NCBI RefSeq assembly: GCF_009914755.1
Contig: NC_060926.1
DNA length: 64,000 nucleotides
Strand: one strand, 5' to 3'
From: the human T2T-CHM13v2.0 reference genome, Homo sapiens
The position numbers and the translations under genes were made by a program. Below the pieces are notes generated by a model, which worked only from the letters and a program-made list of their open reading frames with translations, had not been told where the DNA came from and did no database searches. Below are positions 61,291 through 64,000 of the stretch, one piece after another (positions within the stretch are counted from its first letter, which is position 1; each line of letters opens with the position of its first letter).

Positions 61291-63339
61291 GTGGGTCTCG
61301 CAGGTAGAGGTAGGAGCAGCAGGCACACAGGAGGTGCTCAGGACAGGAAGGGGCAAGGTCTGGATGAGAGCCCCAGTACTGCTGGAACCCAGAGAAGCAC
61401 ATACCTCAACCCTGAGGGTGAGAGAAGGTTTACACCCAAGGACCATGCATTGGTTCTTTGCTGAATTCACTTATTCAGTGAATATGGGCAGATGCTGGAG
61501 GGGCGGTCCTCAGTTCTCCCATCTGACTTTTGCTGCAGTGCATGAGGAGGGATCACCACTGACCACTTTCTACACTTAGAAGCATCTGCCTTTCCTGGCC
61601 CCGGCACCCAGGGTCCTGGAACATCTGTTTGCCTCAGCAAGTAGTCAATGATCATTGTTTTTATAGCTCCTTTTTCATTAAGAGACACAAAGCTCTTTTC
61701 GTATCATCAGTTTTATTCTCAGCATACTAAGAAGCACGGAAGGGCAGATTTGATTATCTCTGCTTTATGGGAAAACTAAGCCCAAGGTACTTTGTCAAAA
61801 GGTGCATTCTAAGGCCACCACAGATGACCTAACCGCTGCTTTGATGCAACAGGGAAACAGGCCACAACAAAGTCTGGGAAAAGTAAAAAAAGGAAGAAAA
61901 AAAAAATTTGCTTTTAAATCCTCTCCAATCTGGCTGCAACATGAAAATGCTACAGGCAGCTCTTAGCTGTAGACAATTTATGTCTTCACAGTTGCATCCA
62001 CGCAACAGCTTAGTAGTGGCCTCGTCACCCTGTGTTTGAAGGGCAAGTCGTGTTTTCATCCTTTGTCTTATTTCATCAATTCTTCATCAATTCTTGGATG
62101 AATGAGTGTGCAAATATGGGAAAGGAAGAAACTGACAGAAGAAAAGAGGGGACAAAACAAAAAGTTTGGACCCAACAAGCAGCTTTGAATGAGAAAAAGG
62201 GACAAAGGAACTCAAAATATAATTATCTGTAAAACAAAAACCTGGGAACCTCTGGTTGCAGTGTGATAACAGTAACAAACTTCTTCATCGCGGATTAAAT
62301 CTATAAAGTGGAAGATGGGATACACTCTGGTAAATGCATTATTTAAAATAAGGTAAGGCCAAGAGTTGTGCCTTTTCTAAATCTGAGAGTCTCTGAGTTG
62401 AAAGTGCTTTTCAAAGATGACAGCACATAAATGATAACCCTCAACAGTGCTATGAAAGTCAGTGCCTTGGCTTGAAAAATGCTTACGAGCTAAAGAAATT
62501 GTAAATACACCTGAGACTTCCTGAGTGAGTCAGAATATAAGCTGAGCTGTGAATGAGATCCCAAAATGTGTTGGCTCAGATAAGATCAAGTTTCCTTTTT
62601 CTTACTTCATGGTATGGGGGTGTGTTCTGCAAGGTCACCCCAAGACCCAGGTTTCTTCCCCCTTTGCTCTGGGCATAATATTTGATGGAAAAACTGGCCC
62701 ACCCTACTGTGTCTACCATGCAGCCCGTGGGAAGGCAGATTTCCTTATGCATGTCATCATAAAACATGCTCCAGAATGTGCAGGAATCACTTTCACTTGC
62801 ATTCTGTGGACAGAAATGTGGACACCTACCCAGGGCTGCCTGCAGGCAAGGCTGGAAAATGAAGGCTTCTGCTGGAAGCTTGATCTCAGTTGAAATTTGG
62901 AATATTCTGACAGACAAAAGAAGCAGAAAGTGGGTATCAGGGGTCATTAGCTGTCTCTGACCCATTCTCAGACCCCGCAGTGCTTGGTGTGTATACAATT
63001 AGGGTCTCACCCGCCGGGGCCTATGGACGAATGTGTTCATCTTCCTGACACTTTTCTGCTGGCCACATGCTGTGCTATACAGGTCTGGAGACTGCAGGTG
63101 GGCAGACTCTGTGTCCATCTATAACTCTGGGCCTTTGCATGGGCTGAGCCCCTGGCTGGAATGCCCCACTTCTCATCAGCCATACCTGGGATTTTCCCCA
63201 TTCCGCCAGGCCCAGCTGCTATTAGCAATAGGATCTTGGGCAACATGGACTGTGAATCTCATATTTTGGGAAAAATAATGGGCCAAATAGAGGCTGTGAG
63301 CCAAGGCCCCAGTCCCAGGGGACTGGTTTGCTAGTCTGT

Positions 63340-63430
63340 GTGTTCATTCGTTCAGTAGATATATGGAGCGTATGATCTGTGTCAGGCCAGCAGCGGAGCA
63401 TCCAACAGTGAGCAAAACAGGCGAGAATCT
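63340..63430 (-). mobile_element. L2 3' end
   Basis: TTCATTCGTTCAGTAGATATATGGAGCG...TGTGTCAGGC...CAGTGAGCAAAACAG. Confidence 0.55.
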
Positions 63431-64000
63431 GTCCTGATGGGCTAATTGTGAAGGGGGCCCTCCATTGAAAGCAGGTGGTGAGAGCCGTGACAAGTGCTCT
63501 CCTTGAAAGATTGCATCCTTAGGGTCTTAAACACAGGGAGCCGGTGCTCCACGCTCTCCACCCCAGCTTGCTGGGAGGTCTGGAATAGGCCAGTTGGGGT
63601 TGTGCCCTCCCGACGCTGCAGGCCGACTCTGGCACCCGCCCTTACTCAGGGGTACGGCTTGCCTGAGAGTCCCAACCAGGGGTGTCAGGAGCACATTCAT
63701 TAGAGCCTGCTGCCACATGCCTGATTCCAGTAGAAGCCGGAGATGGCGCCGTTGTGCCCACGTGAGCGCCATCTCCACGGGTAGGACATTAAGTCCAGAG
63801 GAAGATGTGTGTGCCACATCTGAGTAATGAGCCATGAAATTGACATTATAAGTTTTAATTATTATTAATGCCTTGCAGGGGTGGCTGATGTTAATTGTCC
63901 TGTAGGCATCCCAGATGGGTTTTCCTTTTTTCTTTTATTTCTTTTTCTTAATGTCTTGAGCCCAAATAATGGCGGCTTAGTGACAATGTTTGAATGGAAT

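Overview
Primate (most likely human or great-ape) euchromatic non-coding DNA. It is most consistent with the interior of a large intron of a gene transcribed on the + strand. I recognise no host protein-coding exon and no RNA gene. The dominant feature is a 4.16-kb, 5'-truncated L1PA2-like LINE-1 (28411-32569) with a twin-priming inversion and a 13-bp target-site duplication. It accounts for the only ORFs with real protein homology (decayed ORF1/ORF2) apart from a short Tigger2 transposase tail. The window also holds 11 Alu copies, several old L1M/L2/MIR fragments, DNA-transposon fossils (Tigger2a, MER5A, MER58A, MER3-like), a ~500-bp C-rich 18-19-bp minisatellite and simple repeats. Structure not explained by known repeats: a dispersed ~110-bp ancient duplication next to a hairpin, a 29-bp near-perfect palindrome, small CpG-retaining patches, and a few candidate cryptic or alternative exons. 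I find no support for a previously undescribed biological system. Repeat subfamily calls come from recalled consensus sequences, not a database search, and boundaries of old repeats are approximate.
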